Below, in pieces: positions 1 through 7,800 of a DNA stretch of 32,000 nt. The notes under the pieces are model-generated. The model had not been told where the DNA came from. It ran no database searches and saw only the letters and a list, made by a program, of their open reading frames with translations. The stretch lies in assembly GCF_000025505.1 (NCBI RefSeq), contig NC_013849.1:1050001-1082000 (forward strand). The letters are read 5' to 3'. The position numbers and the translations under genes were made by a program. The DNA is from Ferroglobus placidus DSM 10642. Its GTDB lineage: Archaea; Halobacteriota; Archaeoglobi; Archaeoglobales; Archaeoglobaceae. Position 1 is the first letter of the stretch. Every line of letters begins with the position of its first letter.

Positions 1-2
1 AC

Positions 3-287
3 TTGCATATGAGGGTCTACGCTCCAAACCCTCCGGACTACATGAACAACAGCGGGTGGGGCAGATACGTTCTGGCTACAACACATTATGATGAATATCC
101 ATGGGAAGGCTGGAGTGGATACAGCGAACTTGCAGAAAAAGACTTTGCAGATATTGCAGCATCAAAAGGCTACACCGTTGCAAGAGACTGGGCTTATTTT
201 TACAATTACGAACCTTACGACGATACAAGGAATCCAGACCATATTTGGCTCAACAACGGATATGCCACAGCTGTGATGGTTGAATAA
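3..287 (+). CDS. 3' end of an unrecognised protein gene that runs off the left edge
   Basis: The frame is open from the window edge to TAA 285-287. The sequence is soluble and W/Y/D/N-rich, with no motif I can name. It is co-oriented with the next gene and ends 27 nt upstream of it. Confidence 0.5.
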   Translation: MHMRVYAPNPPDYMNNSGWGRYVLATTHYDEYPWEGWSGYSELAEKDFADIAASKGYTVARDWAYFYNYEPYDDTRNPDHIWLNNGYATAVMVE

Positions 288-302
288 TACTGTTATGTGA
301 AA

Positions 303-386
303 AGAGGTGATGTGATGAGAAGAGCAGTGGCGGTGTTGCTGGTTCTGGTGATGTTAGGGAGTGTGGTGAGTCCAGCTATGGGTGCA
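303..386 (+). repeat. copy 1 of the duplicated SD + start + signal-peptide cassette
   Basis: Hand alignment with 1802..1885 gives 67 identical positions out of 84, with no gaps. The start codons are aligned (ATG 315 with GTG 1814). Confidence 0.8.
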
Positions 387-1454
387 ACCACAGCAAAGAT
401 GAAACCAATTCCAACTACAGAGAGGATGGAGCTACATAAGAACATAAACATCATAAAAATTGACCCAGCTCTTGAAAATGCAACACCCTACTGGATAATC
501 ATCGCCGCTGGAAGCATGGAAAAAGGAAGAGCTGTAACCTTCAAGTACATAGATAGCAGCACGAGTTTGACGAAAGAAGAGAAAATTGAGCTGAAAAAGT
601 TCGTTAAAGAACTGTGGAAGAAATATCGTGTGAAAACCATTAAAGACGGCAATATAACCTTGATCACTTTGAACTCAAAAGTAGAGATAAACCTTACACA
701 AGAGGAGGAGGCTATGCTGGATAAGGTTGTTCAGGCTGTAAACGAGTACTTCAGAACAAAGTATGGTGGAGTCATAGGAATCCTCTGGAATGTTGATACT
801 CATCAGAGCATAATCTACATCTCATGCAAGAAGTGGGGCGAGAGCGATTACTATTGTGGAGTTGCAAGGGATCATGCCGACGATCCAGACTACTGGACGC
901 AAGTTCCTCCTCCACCTAGGTATCCTAACTGGCTATGGGATTTCATAATGCAGGTCGTTCATTCATGGACGCATTACTACAATCCAGACTGGGGCATAGG
1001 TTCAGCTCCAAGTGAAACTAAATACTACGCAGATACAGCCAAGAACAAATATTCAAGCGGGTACAAGTATTCTGCTTTCCAGAATCTCGGATATGCAAGC
1101 CACTTCATGACAGATGTCGGAAATCCTTTACACACCGGCTTGGAGAGCTGGCAAGCAGTTTTTAAAGACATTCATTACGCTTACGAGGATTACGTTTCCA
1201 GCAATTGGGAGAGCGGTTACAATTTCAAATCTGTAATCGAGAACAACTGGTACTACTATGCAATCAACGATCCGGAACAGGCAACCAAGGATTTAGCCAG
1301 TTATTCTCATCAGTACGACGATACAATATTCTGGACGATTTATTGGAACCCAGACACTTGGCAGAGCAATTCAAATATAAAAGATGCCACAGAAAACAGC
1401 CTGCTTGAAACAGCAAAGTACACCCTTGGCTTAGTAAAATACGTTAGGGGTTGA
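315..1454 (+). CDS. secreted zinc metalloenzyme of the phospholipase C / S1-P1 nuclease superfamily with a long N-terminal pro-region
   Basis: GAGGTGAT (304-311) lies 3 nt before ATG 315; the ORF track starts at the upstream GTG 297. The signal peptide is [24 protein letters not shown]. Motifs [30 protein letters not shown] and HYAYE reproduce the nine Zn ligands known from B. cereus PC-PLC and P1 nuclease. Confidence 0.8.
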   Translation: MRRAVAVLLVLVMLGSVVSPAMGATTAKMKPIPTTERMELHKNINIIKIDPALENATPYWIIIAAGSMEKGRAVTFKYIDSSTSLTKEEKIELKKFVKELWKKYRVKTIKDGNITLITLNSKVEINLTQEEEAMLDKVVQAVNEYFRTKYGGVIGILWNVDTHQSIIYISCKKWGESDYYCGVARDHADDPDYWTQVPPPPRYPNWLWDFIMQVVHSWTHYYNPDWGIGSAPSETKYYADTAKNKYSSGYKYSAFQNLGYASHFMTDVGNPLHTGLESWQAVFKDIHYAYEDYVSSNWESGYNFKSVIENNWYYYAINDPEQATKDLASYSHQYDDTIFWTIYWNPDTWQSNSNIKDATENSLLETAKYTLGLVKYVRG

Positions 1455-1455
1455 A

Positions 1456-1809
1456 ATGAGAGCCGAAGATGTACTTTTTATTTTATTTGTTTTTTTAATA
1501 CCGGCAATGATAGCAAGTTACGTCTTCATAAAGATGACCAAGGTCAAAAAAGTTTACTTCCCTGTTTTGCTCATTATTGGCTTTGTAATCACTTTTGTTG
1601 AAGGCTTCATCCTGTTCCTCGTAAATTTCGGAGCTATCCATACAGGTGGTTTTGCTATCCAGCCCGTGCCAGATATAATTATGCAAAATCCAAATCCACT
1701 AATACGTTTCTATGGAACGTTAACCCTTCTGTGTTTTCTGAATGCATCAGTACTGACTGTATTGTATGTAATGGTTGCGAAAATTGGGATTATAAAAGGT
1801 GAGAGGTGA
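1456..1809 (+). CDS. small integral membrane protein (about 3 TM helices), unknown function
   Basis: ATG 1456 lies 1 nt after the TGA (1452-1454) of the upstream gene. There are three long hydrophobic segments and no recognisable catalytic motif. Confidence 0.65.
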   Translation: MRAEDVLFILFVFLIPAMIASYVFIKMTKVKKVYFPVLLIIGFVITFVEGFILFLVNFGAIHTGGFAIQPVPDIIMQNPNPLIRFYGTLTLLCFLNASVLTVLYVMVAKIGIIKGER

Positions 1810-1885
1810 TGCTGTGAGAAGAGCCATGGCGGTGTTGCTGATTTTAGTGATGCTGGGAAGTGTAGTGACTCCAGTGATGGCTGTA
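1802..1885 (+). repeat. copy 2 of the duplicated SD + start + signal-peptide cassette
   Basis: See copy 1. The shared strings are AGAGGTGATG, GAGAAGAGC and GGCGGTGTTGCTG. Confidence 0.8.
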
Positions 1886-2041
1886 AAAACGTTAGAACCT
1901 CCCGTACATCCACCAAAATTCAAAGTAAAGATACCAGAGCCTTCACAACCTCTAAATGAATCCGAACTTTCGCACATAGTGATCCCCCTTCATTGGCTTT
2001 TGAAGAACGACCAAGATGAACGACCAGAGTGGTTAAGATAA
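1814..2041 (+). CDS. ORF fragment: signal peptide and N-terminus of the disrupted secreted protein (would be auto-annotated as hypothetical protein)
   Basis: This is ORF track entry 1799..2041, with the start moved to GTG 1814 by homology with ATG 315. The signal peptide is [22 protein letters not shown]. Confidence 0.45.
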   Translation: MRRAMAVLLILVMLGSVVTPVMAVKTLEPPVHPPKFKVKIPEPSQPLNESELSHIVIPLHWLLKNDQDERPEWLR

Positions 2042-2652
2042 CTTTTCCAGAGAGTTGGTTAAAGAGACCGCCGGAAGTGGGCAAAGGAATTCCGATAGCC
2101 TTATTAAGGATGCCGAAAGACCTTCTAAAAAGCTGGGATCTATCCGATGACTCAAATGTAATCACGATCGAGCTGCCAGTAGATGAATTCGAATTTTATT
2201 CAGACGTTTCGAGTATGGAGAGGACAAGCTTGCAGAACGAAATACAACCATCTGCAATTTATTCTGGCACTCAAACGAAATCTTATTCTAACACAAACCA
2301 AGAACGAGTCTTTTATGCTTGCGAACCATTCTCAGAAAATCCGACCCATGTAATCACAAGTGCTTTAGGGTTAATCGATCCTTCCTACTACTCCAATAGT
2401 GGACAGGACATTACGATATATCACGAGTCTGAACTTTATTTTGACAGTCAAGGGGACGTAATCGAACTAATCTCTGCCTTTTATCCAGATAACACTGTGA
2501 AGGTATGGGCATCATACTTCGACGGACCTGATAGTAGAAACCTTGCAAGCATAGACGTAACAGGGACACTCCAACCAGTAAAATATTATGTTACAATAGA
2601 AAATGGAGAATACCGAGTTTATCTGAAAGACACAAACAGCGGTCAGTGGTAA
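2029..2652 (+). CDS. ORF fragment: central part of the disrupted secreted protein (would be auto-annotated as hypothetical protein)
   Basis: A 207-aa ORF in frame 1. There is no SD before its GTG. It overlaps the end of the 1814 fragment by 13 nt, and the reading frame continues past its TAA. Confidence 0.45.
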   Translation: MVKITFPESWLKRPPEVGKGIPIALLRMPKDLLKSWDLSDDSNVITIELPVDEFEFYSDVSSMERTSLQNEIQPSAIYSGTQTKSYSNTNQERVFYACEPFSENPTHVITSALGLIDPSYYSNSGQDITIYHESELYFDSQGDVIELISAFYPDNTVKVWASYFDGPDSRNLASIDVTGTLQPVKYYVTIENGEYRVYLKDTNSGQW

Positions 2653-3160
2653 AGAGGAGTATACAACGATACTGACGATCCGGGAGCTAGAATTACTTGG
2701 TTTGTTGCTTCTAAAACACTATTACAAAAACTTTCAGTGCTGGAACCTACCCAATTTCCACCGAATACGTCAACGACAAAATTCACTCCTCCAGCAGCCG
2801 TTTTGACGCCGATACCTCTCGGAATAATCATCAGAGACTTCCTCAGATTCTACAACGAGAGAAACGCGACGATGATTTACATGATGTTTTCTGATGGGAT
2901 TAGAAAAGAGTATTCAGTCGAAGATGCCGAACGAGGACTTGCTCGGCAAAACTTGGTCGTTCGAAGCCAATAAAACCATGTATCTGGAAGTTAATCTGAC
3001 CGTATCTTACGATAATACTCTTAAGAACTTAACAATCAAATTTCCCCTCCTCTACGTTAAGTACAGCATAAAAGAGGAGAAGTACACACATATATCGGTT
3101 TTCACTATTACATCGACGGCTGGATCTTCGATGAGTTGAGGAAAGCGGTGGTGGCAGGAA

Positions 3161-3427
3161 ATGCTTGGAGAAAATCAAATGATTAGAGGCAATTTTAATT
3201 GGATTTTTTTCTCCTCCATGACCCTATCCTTTGTTAACCTGCCCACTGAATACACTTACCGTATAGTTTACGAGGTTGAAGAAGATTTGCCAAAAAATGT
3301 CACGTTAATCATTCCAATCCCATACGTCGAAGGAGAGGTCGCGAGAATCAAGGCATCGAAAGTTAACTATGTGGAAACTGAATACGGAAAGATGGTGAAA
3401 GTTAACATCACTGTAAAAGAAGAATGA
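3161..3427 (+). CDS. ORF fragment: repeat unit of the disrupted secreted protein (possible stand-alone small hypothetical protein)
   Basis: An 88-aa ORF in the same frame as 2894..3139, separated from it by a single TGA. Its segment PKNVTLIIPIPYV resembles LKNLTIKFPLLYV in the preceding segment. Confidence 0.35.
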   Translation: MLGENQMIRGNFNWIFFSSMTLSFVNLPTEYTYRIVYEVEEDLPKNVTLIIPIPYVEGEVARIKASKVNYVETEYGKMVKVNITVKEE

Positions 3428-3966
3428 CAGAGAAAAGATATGTATGGTGTTGTCGATTACATCAATTCTGACAAAACAATCGACATAGTAAATGTCAACA
3501 TCACTCTATCTCCACTACTTGAAAGAGAACTTGTTTCAAAAACCGAAAATGAAAAAGGCGTCTCAGAAAAATACAGAATAAAAGTCTAGGTTTATGCAGA
3601 ATTAGAGGGCAATTCAATGATACTTTGTGCAATTTGATGTTAACTCAGGCTTTCACGCTCTGCCTTTCTTCTTCATTCCAATTCTTTGGGAGCCGAGACA
3701 CGGCTGGAAAGCCTACGCTGAGCACAAAATAATAGAGTTCAAAATAACATCCAAGGGATTGGCAGGTTGTGGAAGGCGAGGAGAGTGTTAGGATAATCTA
3801 CCAGAAAATGTGGTAACGTGCGACCTTGCAACGTAACGGACTGCACGCCTTGAATCAAGGAACAGTATTCCTTGTTCCTACTGCAAAGCCGAGTTCAATA
3901 GAATTTCTACAACGAATTTGAGTAAAGATAAAAATTATTTATGCCGTTAGTGACATACATGCATGC

Positions 3967-4188
3967 ATGACTAAGACGATAAGTATATCCGACGACGTTT
4001 ACGAGCTTCTCGTGAAGATAAAGGGAAAGAGAAGTTTTTCGGAGGTTATCAGAGATCTGATAAAGAAGGAAGGTAATTTCGACTTGCTTTTGATCGCTTT
4101 CGGAACGAGAAACGATGAAGAGGTCGAAGAGTTGAAGAGGGAAATAGGGGAGGCTGAGAAATGGATGCAATCCTTGATGCGAGCGTGA
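3967..4188 (+). CDS. vapB: VapB-type antitoxin (archaeal DUF217-like family)
   Basis: [32 protein letters not shown] is the typical N-terminus of archaeal PIN-associated antitoxins. The gene overlaps the downstream PIN ORF by 28 nt. Confidence 0.75.
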   Translation: MTKTISISDDVYELLVKIKGKRSFSEVIRDLIKKEGNFDLLLIAFGTRNDEEVEELKREIGEAEKWMQSLMRA

Positions 4189-4349
4189 TAATAGAAATTT
4201 TCAGAGAGCTTAAAAGCGATGGAAAAGTTCCTAAAGTCAAAGATTTGCTTATTTCTGTTTCAGCTATAGCACACGATTTGCGATTAATAACTGTTGACAG
4301 AGATTTCGAACTTTTTAGGAAATTCGGACTAAAAGTTCAATACATTTGA
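4161..4349 (+). CDS. vapC: internally truncated PIN-domain (VapC-like) protein, 62 aa, probably a non-functional remnant
   Basis: It keeps the PIN N-terminal motif [11 protein letters not shown] and the C-terminal motif LITVDRDF. The roughly 65 central residues, including the conserved Glu region, are missing, and the frame is uninterrupted. Confidence 0.6.
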   Translation: MDAILDASVIIEIFRELKSDGKVPKVKDLLISVSAIAHDLRLITVDRDFELFRKFGLKVQYI

Positions 4350-4469
4350 TTTAATTGCTCCAGCTCCTATGTTTATTTGTCTGGGAATATTTTTCATTAC
4401 CTCAATCAACACTTCTCAAGCTTGACTCATGTGTGGTTTCGCGTAACTGTGATGGTAAACGAACTCATT

Positions 4470-4795
4470 CTATGCTCTCTTCGACCATTCGAAGTCGTGG
4501 ACATCGTATGTTAGTAGTAGCTTTTCCAATTTACGACCGTTGCTCCTATGAAGTAGTCTCTGATTTTGCTTTTGTTTCTTCAAAGCTTCGAAGCCAACTC
4601 CGCACATTCTTTTGTGAGCAGAACAATTTCGATTTCAAAATTTCCGCCGTATATCTCAAATCCTCAAAGAATTTCGAAGTGAACTATGCACGAGGTTTTG
4701 AAGTTCCAACCTCTTCTCCAATTTTTACAAGACTCTCGATAGCTCTTTCGTAATGAAGACGTTAGAATCTATAAAAACACAGACATGGAAGCTTT
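4470..4795 (-). pseudogene. decayed PIN-domain toxin gene
   Basis: Minus-strand translation gives VFIDSNVFITKELSRVL* near 4780-4730 and LLTYDVHDFEWSKRA* ending at TAG 4472-4470. These are in different frames with several stops between them, and no intact ORF exists. Confidence 0.5.
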
Positions 4796-4886
4796 CACCT
4801 ATCGCTTTTTTAATGTCCCTTAGTTTATCCTCGCTAATTCTCAAAAAGTGTGTGACAATAAACCAAGCTGTGCCTTAGAATCGGGC

Positions 4887-5903
4887 TTAAATATCTCTAT
4901 CCTCCCCAAGCTTCGGCACTTTTCCGCTCCTTTTAGGCTCGAAATTGCTGAAAGTTGCCGGAAATCCAACGACCCGGTATTTCTTGTCGTACTCCGCCTC
5001 GCAGAAGATTTCGCTCTCTTTAGGGAAATTCCTCACAGCAGAAAAAGGGACGTTCTCGAGAATTCCCTCAAGCTCCTCAACGCTTTTGTCCTTTAAAACT
5101 TCAGAAATCCTCTTTCTTATCTCATCGGCTCTCTTTATCCTCTCTTCGAAAGATAAATCTCCATACTCTAACCCGAGCTTCTCACAGAACTCCTTCCAGA
5201 AGTGTTTTTCATCCAAAATTCCGACGGAAACGTATCCGTTTTTAGCCTCGTATACGTCGTAGCCGGGATTCGAAACGAAGTCTTCAGCCACATCCATTCC
5301 GTTGAGCAATCTTGCCGAGTGTAGCGGAACCGAAGCTAAAGCCGCATCGAGCATGCTCAAGTTTATGTAGCAACCTTCTCCCGTTTTGATCTTTCTTACG
5401 TAGGCGGCTAAAATTGATATCGCGGCAAAAACAGCCGAAGCAAAGTCCGAAAGCTGCACGTTCGGATCTATTGGTTTTCCGAATTTTTTACCGGCTATCA
5501 GGCAAATTCCAGCCAAGCTCAAAACGTTGATGTCGTGGACTGGCTTGTTCACACCTCTCAAACCGGGAATCGAGCAGTAAATTATCCCCGGATTTACTTT
5601 CTTTACGCTCTCGTAATCAACTCCAAGCTTTTTAGCAACTCCCGGGCGAAAGCCTTCCACAACAACGTCGCTCTTCCCGACGATTTCGTAGAACTTGCTC
5701 AGATCCTTCTCATCTTTCAAATTCAATACCAAACTCTTTTTATTTCTGTTTAAAGCTGCAAAAATCTCGCTTCTGTACCTCATCGGATCTCCGCTCGGAG
5801 GTTCTATTTTGATACCCTCAGCCCCAAGCTCTGCCAGAATTTGCGTGCAGTAGGGGGCTGGATAAAAGTAAGCCAACTCGACAACCCTCATTCCCTCAAG
5901 CAT
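4887..5903 (-). CDS. family III CoA-transferase (CaiB/BaiF / racemase-like)
   Basis: MRVVELAYFYPAPYCTQILAELGAEGIKIEPPSGDPMR, NRNKKSLVLNLK and VVVEGFRPGV are hallmark blocks of family III CoA-transferases. Confidence 0.85.
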   Translation of the reverse strand: MLEGMRVVELAYFYPAPYCTQILAELGAEGIKIEPPSGDPMRYRSEIFAALNRNKKSLVLNLKDEKDLSKFYEIVGKSDVVVEGFRPGVAKKLGVDYESVKKVNPGIIYCSIPGLRGVNKPVHDINVLSLAGICLIAGKKFGKPIDPNVQLSDFASAVFAAISILAAYVRKIKTGEGCYINLSMLDAALASVPLHSARLLNGMDVAEDFVSNPGYDVYEAKNGYVSVGILDEKHFWKEFCEKLGLEYGDLSFEERIKRADEIRKRISEVLKDKSVEELEGILENVPFSAVRNFPKESEIFCEAEYDKKYRVVGFPATFSNFEPKRSGKVPKLGEDRDI

Positions 5904-5924
5904 AGAAGAAGATTGGGTAGAGGA

Positions 5925-6461
5925 TTAAAAATTCTGCGAAATTTCCCTCAAAAATTCTTCAGAAGTTTTAGCCTTCAAGCCAATCAGCTTGTATTTTTCC
6001 ACGACGAACTCGTGCAGCTCTCTTTTATTTGAAGCGCAGCAGTCCTTCAGGATTACCGCTTCGAAGTTGTTGCTTATCGCATCCAAAGCTGTGGCTAAAA
6101 CGCAGACGTGAGTGTTAACTCCGGCTATTGCAACTTTCTCAACGCCATACTCCCGCAAAATCAAATCCAAGTCCGTTCTAAAAAAAGCGCTGAACCTCTT
6201 TTTCTCCAAAACTACGTCTCCCTTCTCGGGCTTAAGTTCGTCTATTACCTCAACCTCCCTAGTGCCTCTCAAAGCGTGCTTTTTCATGAATTTGAAGAGC
6301 CAGTCTTTCTCGGTGTAGCTATCGTTAGCGTAAACGACGAGATTGCCGCTTTCTCTAACTTTTTCAGCAACTCTTTTAATATTTGGAATTATCGCAAGCT
6401 GGTCTTCGTTAAAAAAAGGAAGATTTCCTTTAATCATGTCGACTATTATCAACGCGATCAT
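5925..6461 (-). CDS. isochorismatase-family cysteine hydrolase (nicotinamidase-like)
   Basis: LIIVDM (Asp8), EKKRFSAFF (Lys) and GVNTHVCVLATA (Cys120) form the Asp-Lys-Cys triad pattern. The start codon overlaps the upstream stop as TAATG. Confidence 0.85.
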   Translation of the reverse strand: MIALIIVDMIKGNLPFFNEDQLAIIPNIKRVAEKVRESGNLVVYANDSYTEKDWLFKFMKKHALRGTREVEVIDELKPEKGDVVLEKKRFSAFFRTDLDLILREYGVEKVAIAGVNTHVCVLATALDAISNNFEAVILKDCCASNKRELHEFVVEKYKLIGLKAKTSEEFLREISQNF

Positions 6462-7756
6462 TACACCTTCCTCTTGTCGATTACTCTCTTCGCTTTTCCT
6501 TCGAATCTTGGCAGGGTTTCTGGCTCCACTATCTCAACTTTCGGCGTGACGTTGAGGTAGCTTTTCAGAGTTTCGGTCACTTTTTTCCGCACATCTTCGT
6601 AGCTAACCTTGTCCTTGTACTCGGGATTTATTTCCACGAGAACTGTCATAACGTCCAATCCCGCTTCGTCTCTATCGAGAACTATCTGGTAGTGTTCGCT
6701 CACTTCCTTCACTTGCATTAGCGCATACTCAACTTGGCTCGGGAAGACGTTAACTCCCCTCACTATGAACATGTCGTCCGCCCTTCCGACAATCCTCTCA
6801 ATTCTCGGATGCCATCTCCCACAATTGCACTTCTCCTCAATTATAGCTGTGATGTCTCCAGTTCTCCACCTTATCATCGGTAAAGCCTCTTTCCCTAAAA
6901 CGGTAACTACGAGCTCTCCTTTCTCTCCTTCTCCAAGCCTCTCTCCAGTTTCCGGATCTATCACTTCTATTATGAATATGTCGCTCCAGAAGTGAATTCC
7001 CGCCTTTTCGTGGCATTCCGTCACAACAGGTCCACTTATTTCAGATGTGCCGTAGACGTTAATCGCATCTATTCCGGTTTTCTCTTCAATCCTCTTTCTC
7101 GTTTCTTCACTCCAAGGCTCAGCTCCGAAGAAACCCATCCTCAGCTTCGTGTCGTCTCTCAAGCTTACGCCCATTTTCTCAGCGTACTCCGCCAGATAAA
7201 CCATGTAGCTCGGAGTACAGCAGATTACGGTGGTGCCGAGATCCCTCATAAGCTCTATCTGCCTCTGGGTGTTTCCCGAAGATGCTGGAATCACCGTCGC
7301 CCCAATTTTCTCCGCTGCGTAGTGGAAACCAAGTCCACCGGTGAACAATCCGTACCCGTAGGCGTTCTGAATAACATCTTCCCTCCTAACTCCAGCCGAG
7401 TAAAGACCTCTCGCCAAGCTTTCAGTCCACAGCTCCAAGTCAGAGTAAGTGTAGCCAGTTACAGTGGGTTTTCCGGTTGTGCCGCTCGAAGCGTGTATTC
7501 TAACCACATCTTTCAAGGGGACTGCAAACATGCCGTAGGGGTAGTTGTCCCTCAAATCCTGCTTCTTAACGAAAGGCAGCTTTTCCAAGTCCTCCAAACT
7601 CTTTATGTCCTCCGGTTTCACTCCAGCTTTGTCGTACAGTTTTCGATAAAATTCGGAGTAGCGGTAGGCGAACTCTACAGTCTGCCTCAGCTTCCTCTCC
7701 TGCAGCTCGTTCAGCTCACTTTTACTCATTTTTTCGACAACGGGATTCCAGTACAA
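6461..7756 (-). CDS. paaK: phenylacetate-CoA ligase family adenylating enzyme (PaaK / 'coenzyme F390 synthetase'-like)
   Basis: The N-terminus is [28 protein letters not shown] is the AMP-binding P-loop, and the YGTSE and RTGD motifs are present. The start is TTG, preceded by GGGGGTGG. Confidence 0.85.
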   Translation of the reverse strand: MYWNPVVEKMSKSELNELQERKLRQTVEFAYRYSEFYRKLYDKAGVKPEDIKSLEDLEKLPFVKKQDLRDNYPYGMFAVPLKDVVRIHASSGTTGKPTVTGYTYSDLELWTESLARGLYSAGVRREDVIQNAYGYGLFTGGLGFHYAAEKIGATVIPASSGNTQRQIELMRDLGTTVICCTPSYMVYLAEYAEKMGVSLRDDTKLRMGFFGAEPWSEETRKRIEEKTGIDAINVYGTSEISGPVVTECHEKAGIHFWSDIFIIEVIDPETGERLGEGEKGELVVTVLGKEALPMIRWRTGDITAIIEEKCNCGRWHPRIERIVGRADDMFIVRGVNVFPSQVEYALMQVKEVSEHYQIVLDRDEAGLDVMTVLVEINPEYKDKVSYEDVRKKVTETLKSYLNVTPKVEIVEPETLPRFEGKAKRVIDKRKV

Positions 7757-7786
7757 CTTTCCACCCCCAATTATTTATCGTTAGAA

Positions 7787-7797
7787 TTACATTGTAA
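7787..7797 (-). promoter_or_regulatory. TTACA-N-TGTAA palindrome (candidate operator) in the paaK promoter
   Basis: A perfect 5+1+5 inverted repeat lies 3 nt downstream (gene sense) of the TATA-like TTATTTATAG (7801-7810) and 31 nt upstream of the TTG start. The identical 11-mer occurs at 13380-13390. Confidence 0.5.
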
Positions 7798-7800
7798 GAT

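Larger units (their letters stand above)
1814..3589 (+). pseudogene. disrupted gene for a large secreted protein (frameshift plus several in-frame stops)
   Basis: GAGGTGAT lies 3 nt before GTG 1814, and the signal peptide is about 80% identical at DNA level to that of the 315 gene. The frame changes from 2 to 1 between 2020 and 2041. There is an in-frame TAA at 2650-2652, with the same frame staying open to 2973. Frame 2 is open from 2894 to 3589, interrupted only by TGA 3137-3139 and TGA 3425-3427. Confidence 0.6.

Noticed and set aside
3137-3427. In-frame TGA codons (3137 and 3425) as possible selenocysteine or programmed read-through sites.
   Set aside because: The same gene also contains an in-frame TAA and at least one frameshift. 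No Sec-type context is evident, and all three stop codons occur. Decay is the simpler explanation.
3907-4170. An 87-aa minus-strand ORF overlapping vapB.
   Set aside because: It is antisense to a recognisable antitoxin gene and has no start signals.
4355-4753. A 132-aa plus-strand ORF between vapC and the CoA-transferase gene.
   Set aside because: The opposite strand carries recognisable though broken PIN motifs. The plus-strand product has no motif and an odd composition, so I treat it as the shadow of the pseudogene.
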